64,000 bases of DNA from Phoronis australis (taxonomy: Eukaryota > Animalia > Phoronida): the NCBI GenBank assembly GCA_002633005.1, contig NMRA01000466.1:162633-226632 (forward strand), read 5' to 3'. The position numbers and the translations under genes were made by a program. Below are positions 25,315 through 38,768 of the stretch, in pieces; within the stretch, counting starts at the first letter, position 1, and every line of letters begins with the position of its first letter. The notes beneath the pieces are model-generated. The model did no database searches. It had not been told where the DNA came from and worked only from the letters and a program-made list of their open reading frames with translations.

Positions 25315-27622
25315 GCGGTCTTCTCATCAGGAACAAAGCTGCTTATGTTCATAATGACCTTTTGATTTTTTTAGCCGATAGAGAGGCTAAAAACATGGCC
25401 CTCAGGAGGCGCAAAGTACGTTACGTCCGACTGAAAATTGGAAGGCGTCATCGTCTCTTTAAATAAAACCTAGGGGACAGAGCGGTAGTCGGATTTAATT
25501 GGCCCGAAATTCGTTGTCGCCTGCTTTATAGATAAACATCAGCCAAATCTCAAAGATCCCGCAAGGCATTTACAAGATACAGCAGCGGACGCCGGAGAAA
25601 GATGTGGGCCATATGGGTGCATATTAAAACACCTTGTTTTCCCCGCCCTCTGACATAGTTTTGTGAAAATAATATTCATTATTTTTGTTTTTGGTGTGAT
25701 AGTTGAAATGGCGTACTTTATTCCATTGCTGAATACAACAGCAGCAAATGCAATTTATGAATACAAAGCGATATAAGTTTGCCATTGGAATCATAAAGAC
25801 GGAAATCAAACAAACTGTCGGTTCTTGCAGAAACATTGGGGGGAGTTTGGCTGTGCTGACGTGATTAGAGGCTGGACAGAGGGTATATCATGATGACGGA
25901 TGATGACAGAGCGCGGAGGGGGAGGGGAGGATAAAAAGTGGCACATTTTGGATAGCGTAATATGTGAACACTCCCTCATTGATTTCAACATGATCAATGT
26001 ACGTTTACATGTATCTAGAAGTGCACGTTGAACAATGTATGTATGGGATATATACATTGTCCGAAACTGTGCTCCTCGACCAAGGTTGCTACTTGCAGTA
26101 CACTGTGAGCAGTGTTGATGATTGATGAGACATTGCGCACGAAGTGGACTTGATGGTCTGCAGTATGATATGCCGGTTAATAAAAGAACACCATGTTTCT
26201 GTACAAGAAATTATCTATCAGAATGTTTTATTCTAAGATCGCATCAATATATATACAAAAGTAGCATGCCCATATAATGTAAAAATACAGCAAAAAACCG
26301 CAATTTATAGTACATGATGGAGACCATCCTCCAACAGGCAGCAGCTCTCCAGTGTGTGAAGTTACGCTAAATTTAAAAGTTTAAAACAATCGGTAAATGT
26401 TTGGTAATGAATAAGAGGAACTAAACGATTAATTGGTCGTTACTTGGTGAAAGTCTTAACTAATAACCTCAGAAATGTTCATACCTGAATTTGAAATTTA
26501 TAATAATATACCAGCTCACTTTTTAGAGACTCTTCTTATACCCCGGATTACAAGCAACCGTTCTTATCTACAAACCCGAGGAAAAATCGCCTCTTAAGTT
26601 GTGCATATGGTGTCCAGGGTTACAAAACAAAACTATGTTTTACAAAAATGTTCGTTGCCATTGAAAGTTTAAATAAGTAATTATTTGGCCGTTAATTAGT
26701 TGGTTTCTTAATTAATCCCATATATTTTCATGCTGTCCGCTGATTCAGTTTAATTTGAGAGGTGATTTAAATGAAACAGACTTGAAACGGATTTTGCACT
26801 CAAAATTTTGTTAAAAAGGATTTTTGGTCCCTTTTGCGATTGCCAGTATTGTGCCGACGGCCCTTTCTTTACACGAGAACTGTGCAATCAATCTGTCTTT
26901 ACTTACTAGTATGCATAAAGTCCTCCTAGCTCTCAAGCCGTTTACAACTTCAGGAAACTCACCGAAGAAACATGTTTGACGGATCTGATGTGCTTGCTGA
27001 GCGTATTGAAGACACACGCTTGATGTACAGCGATGATGAATCAGATAAATAAGCTTATGAACTTATCGCCTAAGGTGTTGGCCTAAATTCGGCCATTTGC
27101 GTAATTCTTGAATTGCATCCGATCAATGTGTATTCAATGGTCTTTCAGTACCCTGAACAGGTCAAATATAGCGGGCCTTGAGTTCAACAAACAGTATCAT
27201 CTGCTGAATTGGTACCTGTTAAACACTGTCTGGGTCAGGTGTTCAATTACTTAACGTAAACGTCTGGCATGGGTATCAACTTCTTCCACAAAGCCGTATG
27301 CTAGCAAAACGCATTTATAAAGTTGTGCTAATTCCGTGACTTTCACCCTTCAAATTAACGTAACTCCTCTCATAGTTAGACTTTTTCATTTGGAGTTGAT
27401 GAAAAGTTTCTCCTTTAGACGAATGCAAAAACAACTTTGTCGCGTCTGTTAAGCGCGAATTAGAAATTTAGCGATTAGTAAGGTTCACTATAAGTCCAAA
27501 TTTTGACATTCGTTGGGACTGGAAATGAGCTTGACATAGAAGTGAGAATCAATGCTGTCAAAAGATTGGAAGTAACAATCACAGAAAACATCCTCTATGT
27601 TGAAGGAAAAACATACGAAAAA

Positions 27623-28617
27623 AGTATGCAAGAAAATAAGTTAGTGAGCATTTGTGTTGGAATACACGAAGAACGCATTTACAAAACGCGGCTGCTAATG
27701 AATGGGATTTTGATTATGTTTCACATTTAATAAGATGCTTTTTCGGATTTCTAGACCACAAAAATGTGGGTGCAGCCATTAAAAGAGAACGTCACCCGAA
27801 AAACAATCAATTTAGATCGAGTAGTTCTACTCGATAACGGCACGTTCGGTTGCGTTACCGGACACCTGACGGCAGACGGAGGTGTTGAAATTATCCAATG
27901 ACGTAATTGGTTTCACACGCAGTCTGTTCAGTAATTCACAACACGGGTTAGTGGTATCAGCTTGTCGCTTGAATTCATAATAAATCATCAAACTTCGATG
28001 TAAAACCCTTAAAAATACACCGAGTTCTTATAAAAACGTGTTTTATTTCGCTGTTATTTATTGGTATTTAGACACACCGTAGCCTACAAAGTTCGGCAGG
28101 CCAATTTACTAAGNAAGTATGCAAGAAAATAAGTTAGTGAGCATTTGTGTTGCAATACACGAAGAACGCATTTACAAAACGCGGCTGCTAATGAATGGGA
28201 TTTTGATTATGTTTCACATTTAATAAGATGCTTTTTCGGATTTCTAGACCACAAAAATGTGGGTGCAGCCATTAAAAGAGAACGCCACCCGAAAAACAAC
28301 CTATTTTGTATCAATTTAGATCGAGTAGTTCTACTCGATAACGGCACGTTCGGTTGCGTTACCGGACACCTGACGGCAGACGGAGGTGTTGAAATTATCC
28401 AATGACGTAATTGGTTTCACACGCAGTCTGTTCAGTAATTCACAACACGGGTTAGTGGTATCAGCTTGTCGCTTGAATTCATAATAAATCATCAAACTTC
28501 GATGTAAAACCCTTAAAAATACACCGAGTTCTTATAAAAACGTGTTTTATTTCGCTGTTATTTATTGGTATTTAGACACACCGTAGCCTACAAAGTTCGG
28601 CAGGCCAATTTACTAAG
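27623..28617. repeat. ~490-bp near-identical direct duplication across a single 'n' (28114)
   Basis: 27623-28113 matches 28115-28617 except for an 11-bp indel and a few SNPs. Probably overlapping haplotype contigs. Confidence 0.85.
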
Positions 28618-29251
28618 GTCCGTAGCAGGAGTTTGGGGTCTATTCGGAGAAAAATTCGAAGTATCCTTCCGTGAAATACAGACAGGAGAACGTAGATCTG
28701 TGTTGTTATACTTGTTATCCCAGCCAGTGGCTCGGAACCCGATCAGGCCGCAGGGACTGGCACGAACATAAACCAGCTTGAGTTGGAAACTAAACCTCCA
28801 GTCACGAAAAGACTATAATAGTGAGTCAAAGACATAATGTGCACGTAATTATTTATGTGAATTAGCCACGAAACTGAAAATCTACTTACTTGTCGGGGGC
28901 CGCGAAGTCGGGCTCCCCTTCCACAGACCGTCAGGGCAAAGGTTGTACAGTAACAATGATTTGAATAATGTATTTGTATTTCTCAATAAAGATTCCCCTA
29001 ACATGTGACTATAGCATATAAAATCGAGTAATTGTTTCACAACAGCTTTGTGTCAGCAAACACTGAATTAGCATGCGCTCACGCGGCCTCGGTGCCCGAT
29101 CAATTACCTTTGTTGCCAGCATCAAAAGCCGGTAACGCAGTGGTTTATTCACTGCTGGCATCTCAAAACATTTGCACTCACGAGCATTCCAAGGCATTAC
29201 AAATTGTATCTAATGAGACAGACTTTGTTTCAGTTTCATATAAGCATGGTT

Positions 29252-29893
29252 AGGGTCATTTCAGGATGCGAATAATTCATTTTGAAACAGAACGCATAAT
29301 AATAAACGTCTACATGGCAACTCGCCCGGCGCCAATCCCGACTTAGTCAAGTGCTCTCTGGCATCGGACGAAGACTTCGCGGCTCGGATCGTGAGATTTC
29401 AGGTTATCAATTCGAACAGGAATACACTGATCAAGAAATACTAGAGAGACACTGTGAACATACACAGGCAACGGATCGTATGGATAGTTCTTTGGTAAGC
29501 CGGAATTCGTCAGAGAAATCACTGTCGACGAAATGCCGGACACAGACACGGAGATGTTTCACGGCCTCATACTTGCTATTAACAGCATACCTTTCATTCT
29601 TCACTGCCGCAAGCCACCTCCTGAGCATTTCGGGCTCTCGAGGAAGTCGAAAAAAGGATATACCCGCTTTCTTTGCAGCTTCATAGTTCGGACAACCGGG
29701 GACGATGCGCTGCAATATAGCAGCATTCACTCTGCAGACGAACCACTGACGTCGCTGCGTCGTTTCTCACCTTTCTCACAGGTTAACGCGCCACCTCTCG
29801 GCAAGGTGAGGTCGACCGTATAAAAGGTGATGTGGATATAGACCGATTAAGACGGTAAAAAAGACAAATTAAATCGGGTGGAATTCTCCTTTA
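29252..29893 (-). mobile_element. THAP-domain DNA transposon end (Kolobok-like; possible KolobokP solo terminal repeat)
   Basis: ORF 29431-29730 is a THAP zinc finger (VPGCPN..SFFRLP..RRWL..RVCVRHF). The right end reads TTAA-AGGAGAATTCCACCCG on the minus strand (TTAA plus AG, typical of Kolobok). An antisense GYQFEQEYTDQEILE motif lies at ~29402-29446. The left boundary is tentative. Confidence 0.65.
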
Positions 29894-30859
29894 AAACTAA
29901 CATTCTAAGTGACCCAAGAGTGTAGATACTGAGCAAAATGTATTTTACGATCGTTACGTCATTTTTGAAAATCCAAAATGGCCGCCAAAGTAGAATCAAT
30001 TATTTTCTCATTTGTTATTCCACGAGGTTTTCAAAATTGCACAGGTTCCTCTTTCCCCCCAAAATCCAACAAAATTACACGACAAACCTTACTAAGTGGA
30101 CAGTCACAACCATGGGCACGTCACCGCACACTGGCTCGACTGTTTCCCGGTGGGACACAGGCACTCACTGTAATCAGGGATAGCCGCTAGCAATACCGCC
30201 CTGCCGGCCGGAACCGCACCTCATGGCGGATAGCGCCCTTTTGTACCGTCTTGCGATCCCGGCGTGCACACTTCTGTGGAATGTGAACTGCATCGCGACA
30301 CGGCTGTTATCGCCGCCGTTAGCAGATACGGGCTAGGGGTCATGGCTGCACAAAGTAAACGAAAGTGCTCTGAGGAACAGCACACTTAGCAAAATCGAGT
30401 AAAAATTTAAAGGTGAAATCGACAACCATCGCACCCCGACTTCTATTGCGCCAACGATCAGCCAATTCAAAGTGCATAGGAGAATCAGTAAATTAATAAA
30501 TAAAATAATACCTCGAATATATCAGAGGGCGCTGTTTCCTGCCGGTTGGCACAGTATTTTTCCACAAAATGTCTTAATTCAAATGTCTATACTGAATCAA
30601 GCCGTAAGAGGTGTACCAGAAAGGAGAGTGCGCCGACCGTTCAATGAAACCGTAAAGAAGTCAACTCAGACAGCCCCTGGACTTTAGGTCTTCGGGTGCG
30701 GCTGCCCGTTCTCGTGCCGTGTTACACCGACAGATTGTACGAACAGTGTGGGCGACCCCACTGTAACCAAGCTTCAAAAGACCCTTATGTCGTCTGATGT
30801 CAAATACAAACGTTTCGTGACCAATTGTTAAGCCGGCTTTGTGGATAAAATCAACTCGT

Positions 30860-31380
30860 TTTATGAGTCCAAACTATAGGAACAGTATGCAGTAATCAGT
30901 GACTTGAAGAGAAAAGTGACTGAGTTGAGTGACAACATAGGTCATTTGGAACAGTTTCCCCGAAGAAATAAAATTATCATCTATAGGATTGAATAGCCCC
31001 ATAATGAAAAGAAGGGTGACAACGATGCAGCTGTTGTGAACTTGGCCAGAATCTAGAATTGAAATGGGACATCGGAGGTCATCTGTTGCTCCCATTGACT
31101 TGACAAGAAGACAAGTAATAAGTCACGGCCCATCACATATGTAAGTTCCTGTCTTGAACGTCCGTGGACTGTTCCTCCAGAGAAGAAAGCTCAAAAATCA
31201 AGACCGTTGAGTGTACACCAATGAAACTTTACTTATAAACGAGCAGGACTTTTTGCCACATGTCGCCGTCTTCTCAAAACTGTAAAAATTAAACCTATGG
31301 TGGAAATGTAATGGTGGAACCAAAGCAAGGTAAGACCCGACAAGTGAAGACTGAGCAGGACTTGCATATATTTGAGAGCA
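30860..31380 (+). mobile_element. Decayed LINE ORF1 remnant (CR1/L2-type)
   Basis: Manual translation IGHLEQFPRRNKIIIYRIE resembles the LEQYSRRNNIII.GI ORF1 motif. Downstream RPI and VYTNE-like motifs are frameshifted. Confidence 0.5.
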
Positions 31381-31491
31381 GTATAACCTGACAACCTGTG
31401 AGTTGTTAATATACTTTGGTCTCTTCAGTTACTTGCTTTATGGTTTCTGACCTCCTTTCCATAGCGCCATGTCCTTAGCACAGGGAACATC

Positions 31492-32412
31492 AACTCGTAT
31501 TCTTGTTCACAGCTTTTCACTTATCTGTATTCACATGGCCCACAACAATACCAGTCATCAATGGCAGTCTGCTGTTATGTAATCCTCTACCCAAGATCAC
31601 TGTCAGACTGGTGTTTGAATTGTGTTCAATGCTTCCACAAAATATTATATCATCCCACTTGTGTTGATATGATCCACGCATTTCATGTGTATGCTCTTCT
31701 AAACGTGGTAATGCGAGTACCCATGACAATATTTTTCTCCTCGTTTTAATCATGTTTTGTATTATTGGCCTTCAGTTAAAGTAGCTATAACTGATCTGTC
31801 CCGCATGTTGGTGAAGCTCCGTCCTGTTGTTTAGCTCTGTGATTTGTGATTGAATTGCAATGTGATGTGTATTTCGCCGNGTGTATTTGGGTGCGTGGAT
31901 CGTGTTTTGTGAGTCCGTTCCCGTGTTTGTGAGTCAGTGGACGGTGTTTGCCGGTCCGTGAGTCGTGTTCATGCGTCCGTTCCCGTGTTTTTGAGTCCGT
32001 TGACCGTGTAGTTTAGGTACCTTGAACTCGTATTCTTGTTCACAGCTTTTCACTTATCTGTATTCACATGGCCCACAACAATACCAGTCATCAATGGCAG
32101 TCTGCTGTTATGTAATCCTCTACCCAAGATCACTGTCAGACTGGTGTTTGAATTGTGTTCAATGCTTCCACAAAATATTATATCATCCCACTTGTGTTGA
32201 TATGATCCACGCATTTCATGTGTATGCTCTTCTAAACGTGGTAATGCGAGTACCCATGACAATATTTTTCTCCTCGTTTTAATCATGTTTTATATTATTG
32301 GCCTTCAGTTAAAGTAGCTATAACTGATCTGTCCCGCATGTTGGTGAAGTTCCGTCCTGTTGTTTAGCTCTGTGATTTGTGATTGAATTGCAATGTGATG
32401 TGTATTTCGCCG
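31492..32412. repeat. ~385-bp direct duplication flanking a single 'n' (31880) plus an inserted low-complexity repeat end
   Basis: About 31492-31879 matches 32025-32412 with ~2 SNPs; identical spurious ORFs at 31517-31753 and 32050-32286. Confidence 0.85.
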
Positions 32413-32559
32413 GTTTACCTTCATTATAGGCGTGCATTATCCCTTCGCATACTAATTAAAACTTAAATTCTACGTGTGTTAGATTATCTCCATAATGCGC
32501 GAGCCGTGCCCTTTCAATAGTGTCCCACGAATGTTGAAGACCATCCAACACTCATATAC

Positions 32560-33220
32560 ATCTCATATGTTCAGTCACCCAGTTTGTATGAAATCCACAG
32601 ATTCTTCTCTTTGTATATTGTAATGTGCTTGTCTTACTGCATTCAGTAAAGAGTAAGGAAACATAACTTGACAACAATCAACTGGTATTACATATCCATG
32701 CGTTTATCGTATCATTTATTTACGCATATTTATTGTTTCAATATCCACCACCAAAAGTCAGTGTGATTCCTTTGTGGCACTCTCTTATTTATTGGTTATG
32801 AAGCCATCTAAAACTGGCCTGTATGAAATACCCGGGAATAAATACCCGCATTGACTTTCTTGTGATATCATACGGAGTGTGGTGGTCCATCCTTTTGATT
32901 TTGTTGTTGGCCTCCTAGGGTAATATCATGTACTCCAAGCTGGAAGTCTGGCTGATTTAGCCCTTGTAGGCTGTTGACTTATTCACCATTATTTTGATTT
33001 TGTTGGTGACCATAGTCTGTACAACATACCGGTGTAACAGGTACAACAAGACATAAAATATGGCTTCGTAAAATTATCCTTGTAACTATTTCCATCCTTA
33101 ATTCACTGGGGAATCTGTGTAAATTGAAAGAATCATACCGATGTGGGTTGTCCAGTTAAAAGTTTGTAATCTCAGTCAGTAATAGGCTTATTACTATTAA
33201 TAACAATTCAACTTGTGTGA
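32560..33220 (-). mobile_element. Highly decayed CR1-like LINE 3' region
   Basis: Weak AYKG..SLEY-like C-terminal ORF2 motif around 32930-32975 on the minus strand. No intact ORF. Confidence 0.35.
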
Positions 33221-33989
33221 CAAGTTCACTAACTATAAAAGGCTAGAGTTCCTCTCTTCAGTGGTGCTGTAACACAACACTTAAACGTAACTTAAAGAGT
33301 ATGTATGATCGTTTGGCTGCTCCGGGTTGTTGATTTCTGGGTACGCCAAGGTTTCTTAACCTGGCTTTTTTCTTTAAAAGATGAAATTTACATACCATTA
33401 TATTTATTCGTTCCTGTTTTTCATTAGTAACGCAATAATCACTGGAAAACTTTCAATCTACGCATGTGGACACGAGTTTCTATTGCCTAGTCTTCTCTGC
33501 ATCTTAGTTACCTGCTTGAAAGCCCGTTTGTTATTCCGCATAAGCTTTCGTTTTTGCGTAACCTCTGTTCTACAGTGTATTATTGTTTGTTTTCTTCTGT
33601 TTCATTACTATTCTACTGTATGTTATACCCGTCAGTTAGTATCATGTTATTGTCAGTATAACTTTCGCACTATGTTTCTAGTTGTACCTGTATGTGCTCA
33701 CCTTGGTATTATACTTACAGTCTTGAGTCGTTATGCAATATCTGTATAGGTGAATTTGGCTTTCATAGCAACCAACGGGGCTCATGTTTTGTGCCCAGTG
33801 AATTTCTGCTTTGACCTCTACTTCGCATTGTCAAGTTTTGATATTCTGTGCTGTGGCTATGTCAAATCCTGGTCCTTTGGCACCCATTGAGGTGTTTAAT
33901 ATCTTACAAAACTAACATAAACAGTATGGAGTGTAATAACTTTCACGATTTGATGTCTTAATTTTTTTGTCTATAATAATAATTATAAA

Positions 33990-35160
33990 AGAGTCACCCT
34001 TTGGGAGGCGATCCGGCTGACCTTGGAAATATTACTTCTGATTTAGCCGAGGTTAATTGGGATGTACTATTCGATTCCAATGGTATTGACTACATTGAAG
34101 ATATTTTTAGTTCAACTGTATTTAACGTGATTAAAAGTGACATCCCTTATGAAGTAAAAGTAATAAGCCAAAAATAAACCTTGATCTTATAATGATATAA
34201 AACGTGAATCAAAAAAGAAGCGACGAGTGTATAGAGCGTTGTCAAGTAACCTCGTCTTATATCAAAGATATGAAGACCAATCCGTTTAAAATGTCAAGTA
34301 ACCTCGTCTTATATCAAAGATATGAAGACCAATCCGTTTAAAATGTCAAGTAACCTCGTCTTATATCAAAGATATGAAGACCAATCCGTTTAAAATGTCA
34401 AGTAACCTCGTCTTATATCAAAGATATGAAGAACAATCCGTTTCAATCGATAATCTTATTTCAAGGGCGAAAGCTGATCGTCACAAAACCCCAATTCAAA
34501 CTTCCAGTGTCAAACCAAAAACTTCTTAGGAATTTTGAAAACTCGTTAAGAATATTCGTGGTCAATCCACTCAAGATACATTTCCTTGTCTTAAAGAGAA
34601 TAATTCTGGTGAGTTTGCAAAATTAGATAAAACAAATTTATTTTTGAATTATTTCACGAATAAAAGCCACATTGAGGCAAATTTGCCTTATGGATTCCTA
34701 ATACGGATAGCAGGTACCACCTTCTAGTAAAGCCAGTTCAAGACCTGCAGATGAGGTCAAGACTTCTTGATTGATACGTCGAAGAGTGACTTTTCAACAG
34801 ATATAACGAATAACATGTTTTAATCCCTACCAAATTCTCGAGCTGTCACATTTACTCCATTTTAGAAAGATTTTCGATTTAGGTACTTTTCCATCAAGGT
34901 GGAAACGCGAATTGATGATACCTGTGTCTAAAAAGATTCGACTTCTGAAGTGTTCAATTATCGCCCCATTGCTCTACTGTATTGTCTTGTTTTTTATTTT
35001 CTACACTTTGCTGTTTTTGCTCAATATTATGTTTCATTTATGTAAGTCTCGGTTTTATAGTTTTAACTTTTAAAAAAGCCTGTATATAATGCTTCGCTGT
35101 GTGGGATAAATATTTGCACTTTGATATATTGTCATTTGCATAGCAATAAATAAATTACAA
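33990..35160 (+). mobile_element. Decayed CR1/L2 ORF2 fragment with an internal tandem repeat
   Basis: LAEVNWDVLFDSN near 34043; GTFPSRWK..IPVSK and NYRPIALL near 34880-34980; AATAAATAAA tail at ~35145. Confidence 0.6.
34240..34443. repeat. 52-bp minisatellite x ~3.9
   Basis: Unit GTCAAGTAACCTCGTCTTATATCAAAGATATGAAGACCAATCCGTTTAAAAT starting at 34241, 34293, 34345 and 34397. Confidence 0.95.
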
Positions 35161-36789
35161 AATAGCAGTCTTCTAAGCATTAAATTTCGAATATCTCGAA
35201 AATACTGAAACAGAGTCTATAATGCTGAAAGCACTAAGCACTTTGAACGATATATCTACACACCAGATTTCAGACAGAACCGTCACGTGTCGCCAAAGAT
35301 AAGGCACATAAACTCAATTGATTTAAAGAGCAATCACCAGAATATCTCGAATAACTCGACCACGGTAAATCCTAGAGAAAAGCAAATGGCCCTTTGTCGA
35401 TAGCAAGTGAGAAGATCTATACACAGGAAAAAACGACAGGAAATCCCTTTTGAGAGAGAGGAGCTGCGGCTCCGCAAACCAAAATAACGCAAAATGGCCG
35501 CCACAACGTTATTTTGATTCCGATTTCAACCAAACGCGACAAGGTTCGAGCCAAGACACATGTTGTGTCTAAATCCAACCCTGACCGGATTAGTAACGCG
35601 ACCTGTACTGTGCGAACAAAGAAACAAAATACAAACAAATTGATGTAAAGCAAAATATTTCGAGAAATTTAATTTTACCATGTTATGAAAGAGCTGTGTC
35701 TAATTACTCACTCATAGTGTTCTCTCCATAAACGCAGATTAACCTTACTAATGGCGCAAAGCAGAACACAGAAACTTCTCGCACAGAACGCCCGTCAAAG
35801 ACGTGACATCGTGCTACATGTACCTGGCGTCACCGTTTGAGATCAACTTCGCCAATTCACAGTATATATAGGTTATCCCACACACACAAGAATAACCACT
35901 CGAGAATTCATTTCGTCCAGGAATGTCTCAACGAGACCAAAAGCCGAATTGGAACATTCCCAGATCAGATGAAATGAATTCGAGATGTTAGTATTAGTAT
36001 TCCTATGTATGTGAGATAACCTATTGATCCCATGTATACGAACTCATCTTCATCGCGGCGGTATCTTGTTGCCAGGTGCTTTGGTTTGCTGCTGTTGTGT
36101 AATGTCATATGCATTGCTACGCGGATCCGGGCTGGTTAAGCGACAACCTTTTTACAATTAAGTCATGGTGTTAAATAATAGTGAAGTTGTATTTCATAAT
36201 AACTTCGTAAGAATTTTTAATTTGTAAAAGATATTGTTTAGAACAACGAACCATTCATTTGAAACATAAAGAAACAATTCATCCACGTATCAACAAAATC
36301 TGAAACTTTAACTAAGCAATCTAAACAATTGTTCGGCGGCGTGTCGCTCTTGTTTCGATTTTTAAGCTTTCTAGGTCTGTTTTTTGTTTCCTAGCTGCTG
36401 GTATAGAAATATTGTTAGTAATGTTTCCTTCGTTAATCAAATCACTGGGCAATAACGATGCAAACTGTGTTTGGATATGTGACTGTTCCAAGAATTGAGC
36501 TAATATAAGGACTGTTCCGGGAGGAGAGTGCGGAGCACTGCAAGCAGACGAGTGTGTCAGTAAAAATGTATACGCTATAGAAGGTAGCGATACCCTGTAG
36601 GTATCTTTGTTCTCAGTATAAAAGTATAGTACGCATTCATGACAAAAAAGTTTTCTTTTTGATTTAGGTTTTGCTCGATTCTGTTGGTGACAATATGTAC
36701 AATGTTGGCAATTGACCAATGTTTGATTACTCGGATTAAAAATAGCAAAGCCCGGCTAAAGTTTAGTTTTCAGGGTCACTTGAACTTTT

Positions 36790-38070
36790 GCAATGGCATA
36801 TTTATAAGAATAAGTCATTAAAAATAATAAACTGCTTGCTATGTACATGTCTTCTGACAAGAAAAAAATCCCCAACACAAAGTTTTATATCTTGTTTCAG
36901 CCTGTTCTTTTCTCAGATTAAATGTAATTTCTGGCCTTGGTAAGCACATGCTATGGACTATCCCACTCGCCCTTTGCAGGTTATCTCCCTTTTCACTAGT
37001 GCTAAACACCATAAGGGTACCTGATGTTTTCAGCGCCTCAGTGGAGACAAGTCGGGTAACCACTAAATGGCACCGGTCGGAACAGTGACTAATCGGGTCA
37101 AGCCAACAGAACCTGTTCTTAAGTCAAAACAAATCTGAATTCTCACGAAGCCCGGAAATCACGTGTGCAATTGAGCAAGGAACATTTTAAGATCAGTGTA
37201 ATTGTAGTGAATGGTTTGAATAAAAACAGTTTCGAAACGTTTTATCTTCTCTACAATCGAGCTTTCTGTGTTCTGACTTCAAGCTTGTTTTCGTAAATCG
37301 GGTTAAGTCAACCATGGACGCATGCTATCCGAAATCCGAAAGACGAAACCCACTAGACTGAGAAAACGGCTCTAGCGCACGTGCTTACCATATGAGATCA
37401 AGCCTTTGTTACTTCCAGTCACTGATCAATTTACTTTAGCTTCTGGACACCGGCTGGGATCGAAATTCTCCCGCTTTATCAGTCGCAGCCACTCTCTATG
37501 TAGCTGCAGATTCGCAAGAGGAAAAATGTATGGGAAACCCCCCGGGATCTGCCTGTCCACCAAAGACCTGATCGCAGTCTGGCGAGATAGTGAAACTTAA
37601 TATGGCACTGCTATTTTGAAAATCAGCTATTGTCAGGTTTCTTAAAAATCAGAACATCCGCTGATGTCACGGAACTGCAGCTCAGATGGTATTTCGATGC
37701 GATTTATCCCCACCAAGACTTACAAAAGAAAGCTACATTCGTAATGATTTTTTTCGTATTACAGTTGATGCACAGCGAGCAATTTTTCACCAGATTAGTC
37801 ACGAAATCGAGCGACCTGTACCGACTTGTGTGTCTGGGATGCAAGTCTCGACAGGTCTCGTCAAGCGTTTTACGTTTCGAAACGTTTCATCTTCTCTACA
37901 GTCGAGCTTTCAGTGTTCTGACTTCAAGCTTGTTTTCGTAAGTCAGGTTAAGCCACCAGTGGACCGATTAATAGCCGATATCGAAAGACAAAACCCAATA
38001 GACTATGAGAAAACGGCTTCAGTGCACGTGCTCACCATATGGAATCACCCTCTGTTACTTCCAGTCACTT
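36790..38070. repeat. Segmental duplicate of the transporter 3' flank (homologous to ~48900-50400), with an internal re-duplication
   Basis: Long colinear similarity, e.g. TTTCGAAACGTTTTATCTTCT..GAGCTTTCTGTGTTCTGACTTCAAGCTTG at ~37230 and ~49752, with a third copy at ~37875. Confidence 0.8.
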
Positions 38071-38768
38071 CTCACTTTTGTAGTGTAGGTTACAGCTCGG
38101 GGTACTTTTTGTTTTACTGGAAGTTTACATTTTATTTCTTTACTTCGGGAGTCGGTTTCGGGGTTGCATGGTTTTCTACGTCCGATTGGATTTTTCTACC
38201 GGACATCTCAGTCAAAACTCGCACCAAAATGAGGTTGGGGACAGCAGTTCCGACACTAACCACCTAGCCACCGTTTATTACGTAAGATGGGCTCGTTCAC
38301 TTCCAGAAATGATATGGCTGAATCGTATTACAGCATATCAAGGCTTTTGCTCCTCGGCAGAAATTGCTGCCATGGTTTTTACTTACTCAGACTTGAATTT
38401 CGAAAACCGGTGTCACCACTGTATTTTTCAATAGCGGACTTTTCATATAAGCGCTCTGTAGACTTATGAGTGCGTGAAAGCGACTTCCGCTTGATTATGA
38501 CTCATATCGGTGGATAGGAATTCACTACAACGTAGTATTTAATTAAAAAACAAAGATTAAACCCCACTGTAAAACCTACCTTTGCTTGATTAGGTTAGTA
38601 ATTTACTTTAGCTTCTTGACACCGGCTGGGATCGACGTTCTCCTGCTTTATCAGCCGCAGCCACTAACTAAGTAGCCGCGGATTGGCACAGGACACGTAT
38701 GTGAAAGTTCCTGTCCGCATTACATGGAACCTGTAGGTGGAACTGATCGCCAGTCCAACAAAGACCGG

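Noticed and set aside
27623-28617. Duplicated small ORFs suggesting a gene duplication
   Set aside because: The copies abut a single 'n', differ at allele level and encode nothing recognisable. Probably an assembly overlap.
34240-34443. Regularly spaced repeat resembling a CRISPR array
   Set aside because: Units are contiguous 52-mers with no unique spacers, there are no cas genes, and the context is eukaryotic. It is a minisatellite.
37686-38267. 193-aa ORF
   Set aside because: Spans a local duplication junction, has no recognisable domain, and its frame does not appear conserved in the paralogous flanks.
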